Source: Octopus bimaculoides
Lineage: Eukaryota
Direction of reading: 5' to 3'
Assembly (NCBI RefSeq): GCF_001194135.2
Contig: NC_068981.1
Location: 156,776,593-156,840,592 of the forward strand
Length of the DNA: 64,000 nucleotides
Each line of letters opens with the position of its first letter. Position 1 is the first letter of the stretch. Position numbers and translations under genes: made by a program. The notes beneath the pieces are model-generated. The model was not told the origin of the DNA. It did no database searches and saw only the letters and a list, made by a program, of their open reading frames with translations. Shown in pieces: positions 34,506 to 48,169 of the stretch.

Positions 34506-36429
34506 GTTTTTGTGAGCTTATGTTTATCGACATTATACACCATTAAATAAAAATACTAATTCGGCATAAAATATAATTATTACATCATGTAAGCTGCAAA
34601 AACTTATCATCGTTTAAATATCAGGAATCTAAACATTATTATGAAGACTATATTTTTAAAATATTTCCTTGCCAAAAAGAGTGGATATATAATTATATAA
34701 GAAACAATTAGATTTATTATAATATAAATAGCAGAATCGTTTGAACTTTGGATAAAATACCTAACGGTGCATAGTTGTATCTCTATGTTTCAAGTTCAAA
34801 TTTTGCTGAGGTCAACTTTGCCTACAACATTTTGAGTAGCAGTCAAGCACTGGTATTGATTCACATTCCTATAAGACATCCTAGAGGGGTGTAGAATTGT
34901 AACAGAAGACAAGGTGCAAGATGAAGCTCGTTACTTAACTCGCGAACGTTGAACCCTGAAAAGAATGCGTAAACATAAGCGGGACCTTTATATTTACTTG
35001 ACATACTAGAAATAGCATCCCAATCGCACTATAACCATACCTTATTATGTTCCTAGTAATAAAAGGGTACACTGGATAATGTAACCAAGAGTACACAATG
35101 CATGAAAAAAGACGTAATGGTTATGACTTGAAGGAACCCCTTTGATTATAGATCTCTGCTTGATAATAACTGACCTAGGTTAGACAACGGCAACAACTAT
35201 AGCAATTTTATTTCAGGAACAACACGTTCCAATCCATTCTCCCTCACTAAGAGAATCCTATTTGGGTTTTTTTTTTCTTCAGATTATCGGTAGAATTATT
35301 CGGTGAGCAATAGTGCCCTAGCTCAGAGCACTGCTAAGTAAATACATTTGTAATAAATAACAATGATGCGTTTGTCAGAGGGTGTAGGTGGGAAAAGATT
35401 CGCAGATGTGACCCACCATCAAACAAAACAGGGATCCAGTCTGGCGAATAATGTCTCGAGAGGCTTCCCTATCAGTATAATGTTTTGACATATGCTCCAA
35501 TAAACACAGATTTTCGATAGGCTCATTCGTTGTCTCTGATTTCATCCCACCGAAATAAGAACATAAAGAGGCATTATTTCACATGCAAAGATTTCAAACT
35601 CACTTATACACACACACAACCACTCACACATATATGCAACGTTCTCGAAGTTGAAAAACAAACATTTACATCATTGATCATTGTTGAGTTATTGTAGCGG
35701 TCAAAAACTATTGTTATTTCGTAATTACAATAAATAGTACATATTATTATCAAAGCTTTTTGCCGCACGCCAACGACTTGGTTTATAATATTATACTTGT
35801 ACTCACAAAAAGTACAACTCAACAAAGACTAGAAAATACTTTACAATCTATTTCAGAATATCTTTTAATATTCAGTGTTTTCTCCGTTAGTTGAATTTAT
35901 CTATGTCATAAGAACGATTACTTAGTTTGGTTTGAAAATTTGCCTGGAAGAGCACAGTCAATTGACATAACCCGACCATATGATTAGTATTTTATGATTC
36001 GCGGGCGGATAAACATCAAATTACATATCGGAAAATGTTTAACTTAAAATAAAGAGGAGTAGAAGCTAAATACAGGAAGGAATTCAGATGGTTGCCCCTA
36101 TTCTTCAGACCCGCCCTTATACTAATGAAGATGATTTCTACTATAGACATTTTGTGCGGAGAACAGTCACTTAAAATTGCTCTTCAATATTTCACAGGTA
36201 CAAGATGAATAAAAAGCAAAGTCGACTCGATGAGATTTGAACTCAGGACTTCAAATAAGGAGAACAGTTTGGGAAAGACATCTCACACGGCGTTGACTCT
36301 TAGCCAGTTACTCACTTTTTTGGTGTAATATCGACAGGTGGTAAATGCTAAAGCGACCGCTGGAGTTGTCGCTTGGGTCTCTATGGATATGCATGTCCTG
36401 AAGACACCCGAAGACCGCAAAGTGATTCT

Positions 36430-37430
36430 GCTTTCTTGTTATTGAAAGAAAAGCTTGGAGATTGGTGGTGCAAGATGGAAAGTCAGGATACTATCCATTT
36501 GCGAGTAAACATCGTTTAAGAGCCTTATGCCCAGAAGCTGAAAAGAAAGAACAACATTCGTATCGATAGCAGCAGATAAAGGGCTCGCCCTTCTCAGACA
36601 AAAGAAAGTATCAGATTGATTCTCACAATGAACTTGGCTGACTGCCGTAATCTGTCCTGCACGTGACAACTATTCGACATAATTTCACAAGTTAGAAATG
36701 CTCGATACTGAATAAAGGAATCTCTGAAAAGTCTGGCTGACGATATTCCTGACTGTAGAATTTATTCTGAACCACTTTTGCTCTCTGCAAGTATTATCGG
36801 GTTAAATATCTTAGAAGTTATCCATAATCTCCGAACAGAAAATCCGCTGGAATTTGCTTTATAGTTTATCTTTGTTGATGCAGAGATCCTCCCTCGGAAT
36901 GTTGTTCTAAACCTTATTAGTAATTCTCAATAAATGTGCAAGAGCTGATTTACCACCAACCGGATTGGTGGTATATATTCACCACCACTGCTCGTCCTTT
37001 TAGAAAGAACTTTCAGCAATTTTTGGATGGGAATGGCTTTACTCATTATCATATTGCATTTCCTAGCTACCTGGCAGACTTCAAGTATCGTAACAAAATG
37101 CACTTTGGCTGCGAGCACGTTCTGAGTTGCATCTCAAATGTCGAATTATAAGCTCACCGAGTTGCTCTGACTGATGTGTGCTATCTCCCATTCATTCAAG
37201 GTGGTGATAACCGTCACCATTATGGTGACATCATCCACGTAGACCAGTACAGCCTTCTTGCGTCCAGTTTCCAGTAGAGTGTCCTTTAGTACCGTTACCA
37301 TCTGCAACAACAATTCAAGACCCATAACGTATAGGAGAGTTGAACAAGATCTCCCTGACAGGTCTCCATGTGATTTGAAACTGTCAATGGGTGGCCCTTT
37401 AGTACTGTCACCAAACACATAATCCAAAAG
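36430..37430 (-). mobile_element. Highly decayed L1/Tx1-type LINE RT fragment
   Basis: SFKSHGDLSGRSCSTLLYVMGLELLL...VLVYVDDVTIMV resembles VRQGCPLSPLLYVLALEPLL...AYADDVT. Confidence 0.5.
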
Positions 37431-38929
37431 AATGGGTAATTCGGTCTTTAACGGAGTTCTAAAAAAGACTTTATTTATGTTTTGTTCTCATTCATGTGAA
37501 AAATATTCATTAAAAGTACTGTAGCTGTTCTTTCAAAGAAGTCTTCTTCCGCTCCTTTCTGAGTATCTTGTTATTTTTTTATAGAATCTGTCAATATGCT
37601 GTTGCTTTTTGAGACAACAGTTATGTTGAAGAATTATTCGTCAGATTACTTGTTCATATAATGTGTTTTTAACCTCTCGTCAATCAGAGTAATCACCGAA
37701 AACAGTTCCAGTCATGACCATCCCATCTTTTTTAATTTGAGGGACTGTATTTTCGACCTATTTTTACTTTTAAAGACGGTTGGATGTGATGTGAGGGAAT
37801 ATTTTATTGCTATTTTTGTTGTTACTAATTTGATTCTTATGATGCTTGCGTGCTTTTGTTTTGATGTTGTTGTTACTGTTGCTATTGCAGTTGTTATTAT
37901 TATGGAAGATAAAGGCAGCAAACTTGCAGAAAAATTCGGGTGTCGGAAGAAATACTTTGCTATGATTGTTCCAACACTTTTCGTCCAGAGATCAAATTTG
38001 ACTCTCATCCATCCAGAGTCGATAAAATAAGATACCTGTCAACAACTGGAGTTGATGGTATTAACTAACCTTCTTCCCTAAAAATTTCTGGATTTGGTTC
38101 TAAATTATAAACAATTATTATGGAGAGTAGTCGCTTTGTAGGTGCTTGTTTCTTTATCCTCTTCGGTGACTTTCGGTATGCTAACTTTTCGACTTTTGAT
38201 AATCGATGACGTATTCTGGTAGTTTTCTTCTATTTGACACCGAATATCTTCTGCCCTCTGGACCCAGCATCGCCGCTTAAAAAGAAGTTGGTGAGAACTA
38301 AAACCGCTTCCATGTATGATATGTGTGCCTGTGTTGTCAGGAAGAGAAATTTCATCCAAGGATGCTAGTGCAGTTGGTTCCTTCTGTTTGTAGAGTTGTG
38401 GCTGCGACTACAGTTGTTGCTGCGGTTGTTAGCAGCAAGACAGTTACCTTCTTTTTGTTTTTCTTCAGAGTAAAAAAAAACAGCTTCATGATCATGTTAT
38501 ATTTGTAACACTGTGGTCTTCTCTCCTCCAGCATAACCTGTATTTGTCAAACAGTTTTTATGTCGAAGAAATCAAGAACTTTTGTTTCACATCATCGCCA
38601 GATAAGATTAATACTTAGAATTCTATCTATTTCACATTCTGTCGGAAGAAACGTTTAACACTTATCATTTCGACGTTTACCGCCATTGTTTCGCTTTATA
38701 TACAGTCACCTTTAAATATCGATGTCTAGTTATGGAAATAGTACAAATTTCTCATTTGCTCAAGGGATGGTGAGGAGTGTTTATTTATGTCATCTTCAGT
38801 AATTCATGCACCACTTACCTTTTTACACACTAGAGACACCCGCTCCATCATTGCACACATCTACCTGGCATTTTCGGCTTGCATCGAAATCGATACGGGC
38901 CGACTTTCCAGACAACAGAGTAATCTAAT

Positions 38930-40750
38930 CGGTTCAATTTTTTTTTTGTGGACAATTTCACTGACGTCGTTAAAAGCACTAGGAAAGGTATGCATATAAT
39001 AACTAAACGTTTCTTTACTGCATAATTAGAAGAAAGAAGAGCAATATTTCCCTTTTGTAATTTGTAACACATTGGGGAAATTCTGTGGATGGGTATATGC
39101 AAAACCAAAATATTACAAGTAGGTAATTTCTTGGTTCATTACTTGTTATTAGGTACAAAATATTAATGGGGGCATATGCATTATCATATAAGCATATTTC
39201 TCAAGATCACAGTAAAACAACATCAAAATAGAATCGAGACTATGCACCTGATTATACGGAACTCGCTAATTTAGGTATCTTCTTAAGAATAACAATAGCT
39301 GACAGCAAATAGGAATTTAACATGCAAGAAGGGAGTATGCTATGCGCTTGCGATTTCACTGTTATTCCATTCACAGACAAATAAATTCGTTTATGTATGG
39401 CGTAATAATAATTTAGATCTGACTTCAAACATTTGTCTTTCACTGTGCTTTGTTCATTAACGACTTCTCAAGTATATTCAAGTGAAATCTCGCGGGAATT
39501 CGAAAGCAGTAATTAAATATGGCTTTTGTAGTCGGATATGCAATGAGCAGAGTTGTTATGTTTTGTAGACGCAATTGGGAGATGCAGTGCATAAGCCAGT
39601 AGAGAAGCATTAGTGATATAAGTAAATAATATCACCAATATCGCCAATATAGAAAACTATTAACATTATACAACTGGCGTGTTTTACGAATTTGAAGACC
39701 TGTATTCAAACTCACATGAAGCAAATAATTTTTTTGATAAACGATGAAATGGTAGAAAAGTTAGAATATCGATGTTTTACGATATGCTCCTGCGTTTTGA
39801 CTTTTTAGTTGAAATCGTACTGTAGCCTACTTACGAGAGAGACTTAACCTGTGACCCAGTTTAACACAACCTTTTCTCTGAGTACATTTAGCGGACTCCG
39901 CTCTGCTACAAGAATTCAAAGCAGGTCTTTGTCGTAAGGATACCTTCCCCCTTCCTTCTCACCAGCCTAGCAGGCCCTGGAGACAGTCATGTGTGCTATC
40001 CTTCCTCCTGACTAAGCAATAAAAATTAAAGATGGCCTTCAAGGTAAATCTCATCTGCGATAATAATCTAACTTCTTCACTGAATTGCATTCGTTTGTAG
40101 ACAACTATGCTATGTTTTCGTAAGTCTGCTGAGCAAATGTTGAATAAACAATAAATTTCTCTTCCTAAACAGCTGCAATCTGTTGCATCTCCTTACTTTA
40201 ATTTATGCAACCTCTTTAACGATATATTTGCAGAAAGTTCCACAGCAAAGTTAGAATCGTTGTTAAAGTAGGTGTGGTGGTAAATTGTGCCTTCTAAATA
40301 AGAGAAAGAAAGACGTGTTAGACATGGGTACAAAAGGTTTCTAAGGAAACTTTTAGCTTCTCAATTTGTGTATTACAGCACATCAATATGTAATTGTACC
40401 TAAAACAGTTTTATTTTAAACACTTTACTTGACTCATAAGAATCAAACATAGCCATTCCATGAGCCACTCAGTCAGACGTTTAATTTCAATCAATGCTGC
40501 TATTTTGTTTCTTTAATAAAGACATTAAACAATTATGATAGCAATCAATCACATAATTCTTATACATAAAACTAAGTTGGCTGGCTGCAGTACTAAAATC
40601 TGATAACTGAATATACAATTTGATTTTGCGTTTCTGTTTGGAAGTGTTTCACATCTTGTTCGTTAGTTGTCCCGAAATTAAAAGCACTATATCACTTCTC
40701 GATTCTATTTCGATACCACCTAAGAAACTATTATACTCAATGTAATGAAT
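38930..40750 (-). mobile_element. Possible highly decayed hAT (Charlie/SPIN-like) transposase
   Basis: Weak motif remnants in the expected order: CAVIHK (HCxxH), EEVRLLSQ (EVRWLS), FPNV...LCSKETFS (C-terminal dimerisation domain). Confidence 0.33.
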
Positions 40751-40827
40751 TCTAATTGTTTCAGTTTTACTACTAATAATATTGAGAAATGTATGAGTGA
40801 CACTACATCTCCTTATCTAGAGGAGCT

Positions 40828-41045
40828 AAGGCGGCTACCAAGTTGAATCGCTAGAGCATTGGTGAAATTTCTTGCAGTATTTCTTTCGTATCTTAACGTT
40901 CTGATTTCAAATCCCGCCGAGACCAACTTTGTCGTTCATCTTTTTGTGGTCGATAAAATATAGTCCTACTCAAATACTTGGGTCGAAGATATCGATTAAT
41001 CCTCTCCCACAATAATGTTGGCCTTGTGTCTAAATAGAAACAATT
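40828..41045 (+). mobile_element. SINE family B
   Basis: TTCTGATTTCAAATCCCGCCGAGACCAACTTTG...GGTCGATAAAAT...GGCCTTGTG. Confidence 0.65.
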
Positions 41046-41394
41046 ACCTAGAGGAAGCCTGTATACGGCATAAAAAAATAACACTTACAAAACTAACCCA
41101 AACGTAATACCATATTTATCCTTTCAACCACTGATTTCAAATTACACTTATACGATCATATCACACCGCCTCAAAACATACACAGCATCTGCTAACATCA
41201 CGCTCATAACCTCCCACTATTTTTCAGACACAGCTGGACAGCAAACCTATCACTACATCAGTCACCGAGAAATATAGTTCTAAAATGATAGACAGTTACG
41301 AAATCTACTGCCTTCTTTCATACTACCAACACCAGTGAACACCAGATACAACCAGCCATCACATTCAGAAATATAAACAAAACGTGCGCGCACG

Positions 41395-41485
<91 letters not shown>

Positions 41486-42329
41486 AGCAATTATACCAGC
41501 AGTTATAACACTTCTGCAACATTAACAGGACACATACCTTTCATCAAGATTACACATATAAATTGCTAACATAATGAAATAAACATACAAAATTGTAGAA
41601 CACCTTCAAATGCGCGAGGCACAGTTTGTTTCCACAGCAAGCTTTATCCTTCATACTCCAGGCAATCCAAATACTAACACATTATCACTAAACGTCCACT
41701 GAAAGAATTTCGCATACTCAGCCCTGAGAAACAAAAACATATTCACACAGAAATAGCAACTGTAGCAATGTCCTCATTAGTTCCAAAACACTGCGCTGGG
41801 GTACACATCACCAATGTTTGTTACAAAGTAACAGTATTTGTTTTGTTCTGGCCAAATCCACCTTGTCCGCCTCCGCTGAGAGCACTACCTGAATCTATAG
41901 ACTAACAGAAATAGACAGGATAGTGGAGAGTGTACAATATATAAAGGCTGCAACACTGCATCTTATAGTATAATTCATGGCATATAGGGGAGTACAGTAA
42001 CGTAGAACTGGAACAAAAGATAAGTGGCCTATTCGTTCGATTAATAATCTGCCTGTCATTGGTGACTCCCGGCTATATAACAATAACAAATTAAAAAGCT
42101 CTACGCAGTCTCTCGACCTGCTAGAAATAGCTGCCGAATTTCCCTGAAAGGATGGACAAATTGGACAATAAAGTGATAGGAATATAAAAACATTAGATTG
42201 ACATTGCTTAAAGTCATTTGATTGTACTCTTGCTCAATTGGGACAGATCTGGAGGTTTAGAAACGACAACGATATATCAAATGCAAGTTCTAAAATCAAA
42301 AGACATCAAACGAGATACAGCAAAACGCC

Positions 42330-42410
42330 AACTGGTGTTGCTTTTGCTTTATTGTCGTCGTCGTCGTCGTCGTTGTTGTTGTTGTTGTCGTCGTCGTCGG
42401 TGGTGGTGAG
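42330..42410. repeat. (TCG)n(TTG)n(TCG)n trinucleotide microsatellite
   Basis: Directly visible. Confidence 0.9.
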
Positions 42411-43194
42411 GTACTGGTACTGGTGCTGGTCGAGTGTCTTTCTTTTATAAGACAGTAACACATGATATGAAGGAATTCGTCCGCTATTCCTAACAAATTA
42501 AGCAAGCTTACATTTTTTTTTTTTTGTATTGTAATCAGTGAAAATCAGGCGAGCACAGAATCACAGGAAATAAGGTAACCGAAATTGGTATCCGTGAACT
42601 AAGTTTTTACTCTTGCTTTTAGCCATTAACGTCACAACTGTAATTTCTAATTCTATTAAAATCTTATCCAAATGTTTATTTATTGAAGCCAACGACGAAC
42701 TATTCTGGAAACTCAATGATATTTATATCTAGAAACCAGTGTTTTGTTGCTGTTTAGGTCCATGTTAGCTCTAAGTAGAGCTACAGTCAAACGTATACCA
42801 ACCATAGCTATCCTGTCTTTTCTTTTCATAGGGTATAACTAAGATTACAATGTCCAATGTAGCATGTTTTTTAAGATGGTTGGGTGTGATTTGAGGGAAC
42901 ATTTTGTCTACTATTCCCATCAGATTTATCAATCGAGTTAAAGAAATGATGGAATGGAAAGAGTGTTAAATAGGAATGGAAATCCTTTTAGAACCAGGAG
43001 CGAATTACAAGTGTATAAGAACTGGATGCAGCGAACGAATCTTCTAATTTACAAATTCCAAGCTATGCAACATACAGGGCCTACAAAATTGTTTTTATCC
43101 ATTCAATGACTTTTGCATCTATTACGTCTAATTAAATATGATTTTCCCTTCTTTGCAGGTATATGTATGAATTTGATATCAATTGCAATGAGGA

Positions 43195-43640
43195 AGGCGG
43201 TGGGCTGACAGAATTGTTAGCACGCCGGGCAAAATGTTTAGCGGCATTTCGTCCGTCCTTACGTTCTGAGTTCAAATTGTACCAAGGTCGACTTTGCTTT
43301 TCATCTTTTCGAAGTCAATAGAATAAGTACCAGTTCAACACTAAGGTCGGTGTAATCGACTTACCCCTTCCCCAAATTATTGGCTTTATGCCAAAATGTG
43401 AGACCAATGTTAATTTAAATGAAGGCAGCGAGCAAGCAGAACCGTTAGCACGCCAGAAAAAATGCTTAGTGGCATTTATTCTGTCTTTGCGTTCTGAGTC
43501 CAAATTCCATCGAAATCGACTTTACCTTTTACCCTTCCGAGGTCGATAAAATAAGTAACAGTTGAACACTGGAGTCAATGTAATCGACTTACCCTCTCCC
43601 TCGAAATTGCTGGCCTTGTGCAAAAAGTTGACACCACTAT
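43195..43640 (+). mobile_element. Head-to-tail tandem pair of SINE family B
   Basis: Two consecutive copies start at GGCGGTGGGCTGACAGAA (about 43195) and GGCAGCGAGCAAGCAGAA (about 43423). Confidence 0.85.
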
Positions 43641-44399
43641 TAATTGAATTCAATAAAATACAGCAATGAAAACTTGTAGAAATAAAGATATTGCTGAATC
43701 GGCACACAAACAAGTCATCAGTTGCTATCAATATGGGAAGTTTAATCGAGAAATTGCTCAAATTTTCTGTATTAATAATGAAAGTGTTATCCAAATTCAA
43801 TAGATGAATTGAAGAAGGGTATTACTAAGTGAAGAAGGGATCTAGGAGGCCACAAATAGTTGAAGAAGGAGTGTTAAGAGGGAAGTTATAAAACATCGAC
43901 TTGCAACTGTTCGCGAGGTTGAAAATTCTATGGATGAGTAGCAATATTGTATATGAACAGAATTGAAAGGCCTTGGATATGAACGAAGAGTGGCGAGAAT
44001 GATTTCAAAAGCTACTTAAACTAAAAGGCGCAACTTGGCTAAAGTGTTCTACAGTAAGGAGAACGAGTTTTTGTCGCCAATAATATGATCTGACCAAAGC
44101 AAATCCCGCCAAATTTTCCATTTTAAGGCAAATAGATGTATGTCATAACAAAACTGAAATATGAGAACGAGATTGTTTATAAGGAAAAGTTAAACATAGA
44201 GGATTTAGAGTTATGGTACGAGGGGAAACAATGACTAGAGCTCGTATTTGTTTTTAAATGCTGCTAAATACTTGGAAAGAACACGTTACTCATCTAATCC
44301 AGTGTAGGAATTGATAAGAAAACCAATCTCTTTTCAATGAGATTAAGCTTCCATGCTATGCAAGCAAGGCATCACAAACCTAGAAAAGAATTTACGAAT

Positions 44400-44625
44400 A
44401 GGAGCTTTGAGCAATCCCTGAAGTGGATTACTCAAAGCCCCGATCTTAATCCAATAGAATACTTATGGAAACATCTTTATAGAAGGATGCAAGCAATATT
44501 GTCGAAAAATACTTCAACAGAGCTGAAAAAGATATTGACTGAAGATTGGAGAAACGTGGTTTAGTATGTTACTAATAATATAATTAAACCCATGCCTAAT
44601 CGAGTGCAAGCCGTGATATTAGTAC
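44400..44625 (+). mobile_element. Tc1-family transposase C-terminal fragment
   Basis: LKWITQSPDLNPIEYLWKHL...MPNRVQAVI. Confidence 0.75.
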
Positions 44626-44992
44626 CAACTTCCATTTATTTTGGATAACTTTTCATGAAGATGTTTAACGTTAGATTAACGTTGCATTTTATTACAGGCC
44701 ATTGTATATGAAATTACTTGGATCAAAAGACTTAAATCGTTTTTATGAGATTTTAGAGATTTATCAGGAGTCAGTTTCGAATTTGAAGGCGGGCGAAATT
44801 TTGTCAGCATGCAAGGCGCTCTCAACCTTTTATAGGCACTTTGTGTCAAGCTTGGTATTCCAATACTCTCGGTTCAAATTTTCTCTCCTACCTAGTCCGG
44901 ATGTTTACTTTTTGCCTTTCCTGTGACGATAAAGTTCCAGTTTTCCTTTTTGTTGTTGTTTGGCTACAGGCCAGATGTGATAGAACAGATCT

Positions 44993-45060
44993 GTGATTAA
45001 AGACATTCGAGTCATGACCAACACTCGTGATTAAATACATTCGAGTCGTGACCAACACTC
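44993..45060. repeat. 34-bp tandem duplication
   Basis: GTGATTAAAGACATTCGAGTCATGACCAACACTC x2 with 2 mismatches. Confidence 0.9.
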
Positions 45061-45709
45061 TTTATTCTGGTATCTAGAATGATGAGGATGATTTACTTGC
45101 TATTTCTAGCACGTCGGTCAACATCTTAGAAGCTCCCTCGTTGACTCATGTAAGTGTATTTACTCCACATATGTCCACTTATACATTCTACTGTTTATAT
45201 ATTATGAAAAACAATGTAATTGTTTATATCTTGCTAAAAACAATGTATCACTGACAGAAATAATCTAGTTTCTGTGTGAAGTTGGGAAACTTCTAGATGA
45301 GTAGGAGTGGTATATCAGAATGTAAATGAATACCAAATATGAAAGCTGAGTAAAAGAAAATAATAGATTCTGTTTACTTTTACAAAAGCAAGTGACCTAA
45401 AATATATACAACAGCAGTCTTAAGCAACTGTACTCAAGTAATAGTAAATAGGTACAGGGACTGAATTTAAAATTATAAGGACCCCTATTTCTTTATAAGG
45501 ACATCAAACCAAATTGTTCTGCAGGTGAGAAGTGAGATTCGCCTCTTTTTCTGGAGAAGAGGAGATGTAAGGGAAGTGATTTGACTTCGTTGGGTACGTT
45601 CCTTCTCGTTAGGAGACATTCGTCCAACAATTAGACATAAAAAGTAAGAACAACGTAATTCCCCTGTCTAATACCGATGACAAAATCCTTTCTAAAAAGA
45701 TCATCTGCG

Positions 45710-45930
45710 TAGTCGCCTGGCTTGGTAGAAACAGCAGCCAAACCCCGCTCAAATCGCAACTTATCGTCTTAAATGAAAACATACATTTGATAATGCAGTC
45801 CTAGATATCTCTAAAATGACAAGCTGAAAAGGTTTTGATCACAGGAATGGCCTTTTCAAACTGGAATGGTCTGAAATAAATGGCCTATTCAGTCAAATCG
45901 GACTTGGAGATTAACAACAACAACAACGAC
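45710..45930 (+). mobile_element. Dispersed (AAC)n-tailed repeat (family D; SINE or LINE 3' end). Related copies at about 34990-35197, 42745-42915 (-), 46680-46760 and 47070-47235
   Basis: Recurrent CTAGAAAYAGCAGCCAA...GTCTTAAA...GATAATG...GATCAYAGG...AACAACAAC pattern. Confidence 0.55.
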
Positions 45931-48169
45931 AATACTTAATTACTGCACTAGTATTGTCTGAAAATTACACTATTGTCGCTGCTCGACTAACAAAATTCCT
46001 ACTCAGTAAATTAGCATTTACATGACTGAGTATTCCACGAGCATTTATACGCTTAATGCAATTCTCTGATTGAATCAGAGTGACTCAATATAACAAGACT
46101 AAACCTTTGAATTACAGGTATAATCCAGAGAGAAAGAAAAAAGATTTCATATTCCTTCCTCCCTCACTACTGGATAGTACTTAATTTGTAGACCTCCGAA
46201 AAAAATGAAAGAAAATCTGATCACCTAGAAGTTGACCTCAGAACGTAGAGAGCCGGAACGAATAACACTTGGCTTTCTGTCTGTTATGTAAGACTCCCAG
46301 AAAAACTTTTAATAGATTTATTAAGGTAAATTACATTGGTCTCAAAGCAAAAGAATTCGCGTCGTAGAGTTTATGGACAGTTCTGTGCTTGTTTACAGGT
46401 AATACCTTACTTCATGGCCGCCTACAAGCTCCCTTTCTCCCTCTGGATCTCCGTGTGTAACCATGAGATTTACCCGAGAGTTTAATATTCATTAGATAAC
46501 ATTAATAACGCATAGTTCAAATTTAACAAGTGGTACAATATTAAACTATAAATAATAAAGAACGATTTTATGGTACAAATCGGTAACTTAATGCTGTTAT
46601 CACACTATCCGATGCTCGAACGTCTCTATCGAGTCGCCGGTTCACACTTTTGGTTGGTAATGTTGTTTTAAATACACCTAAAATAGCATGATGGTTACGA
46701 TTAGAACGCCTCTGATCATAGGTCATCTCGCTCGGGCTGACCTGCAGCTTAACAACAACTATTTAAAAGGAAGACAACAAAAGGCATCTGACTGAAACCG
46801 AATTAGTCAGAACTCCCTGTCATGTGACTGCTGTGTTAGTAAATTTGAAGGAAGCTTCTTCAAATACACGTGTACTAGTAGACTATAATAGAATGAAGAT
46901 ATGGGATGTTGTGTTATTCTTGTATCTCCTACTGGATGTTAATGACAGAATAAGTAATTCAATTCTAAACTGAAACCGTATCGTACTGATTCAAATGCTG
47001 AAAATTATCTGCAATGATTCTCTGCTTATTGCTTTAACTAGATTAACCACAAATCAATGAAAGAATTCCGGCGTAGTTGCTCGGCGTTCTAGAAACAGCA
47101 GCCAAGTCTACCTCATATCGAAACCTACTGTCTTAAAGAAAGGATACATTGAACAGTATAGTGCCTTGTGTACATAAAAGACGGGGGGATGGTAACGGTT
47201 ACAACGTCTTTAATCATAGGTATGTTTGGTGAGAGTTGACCGGGGTTAAACAACAAGCCCCCATCCCAACCAACTAGTTTATATAGGTACGTAATCTAAA
47301 TAATATAGGAACTGGACTGCAGAATCGATGGAGCACCAAACAAAGTAGCTTGTATCATTTGGTTATTTCTTTTATGTTCTGTGTTCAAATCTTACCCGAG
47401 TCCACTTTACCTTTCAAGCATATAAACTCAATAAAATTTTGATAAGTACTGTGTTGATACAACTGATTATACCGTAGAAGACGGTGCCCAAGTATGGCCA
47501 CAGTCTAATGGCTGAAAGCAGTAAAGACAAAAACGAAAACAAAAATGAAAAGAAATATTGTAACGTTCGAGAAAAAGATGAGCAACTGAAGTAGTTTCAG
47601 CTAGGATCAGGACCGGAACAGTATCACGGACTCGACAACCTTCAATCTCGGAATAGTAATTTATTTCCTCTAAGCACAATGGTTTCTTTTTTGTAAGAAT
47701 TTCGTGTATAATTGATTTATCTTCGACTCCAGAAAATTACTGGTACTGTCGACTTCAAATGCATGAAAGACAGTCTACCAAGGTGAAAACTGAACGCTGA
47801 AATGTGAGACACCAATTATGATGTCATAAAATACCTACTCAAGTGTTTATCGTTTGTGCCAGATCAATGTTTCAAACGAAAAATGAATGTATCGATAAAC
47901 CTTTGAAATGGCCTTACACATTTCAGTGTTTAAAGTGACTAAAGTTAACGACTTTGAATTTATAAACGCTATACAATACGGGCAGTATACTATATTATTA
48001 TTGTATTATAAATAGATTCCATTAAAGCTTCGTTGATATAATATAGCCTAGATTAGTTATATAGTAACAATACAACACTACTAATACAAGTTATGGAAAC
48101 ATTATCAATACATAAAGTTTGGATCACAAAACAAAGAAAGATCAGTAAAAGTATTATACAAATTCTTAC

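Larger units (their letters stand above)
5844..48169 (-). other. 42.3-kb GT-AG phase-1 intron of the angiopoietin-like gene, filled with TEs
   Basis: Canonical GTAAG donor and polypyrimidine-CAG acceptor in matching phase. Caveat: four N-gaps inside could hide extra exons. Confidence 0.75.

Noticed and set aside
48105-48169. C-terminal tail KNLYNTFTDLSLFCDPNFMY of the 271-aa ORF
   Set aside because: It lies after a consensus GTAAG donor whose phase fits the FReD exon, so it is treated as intronic read-through. A short unspliced isoform cannot be excluded.
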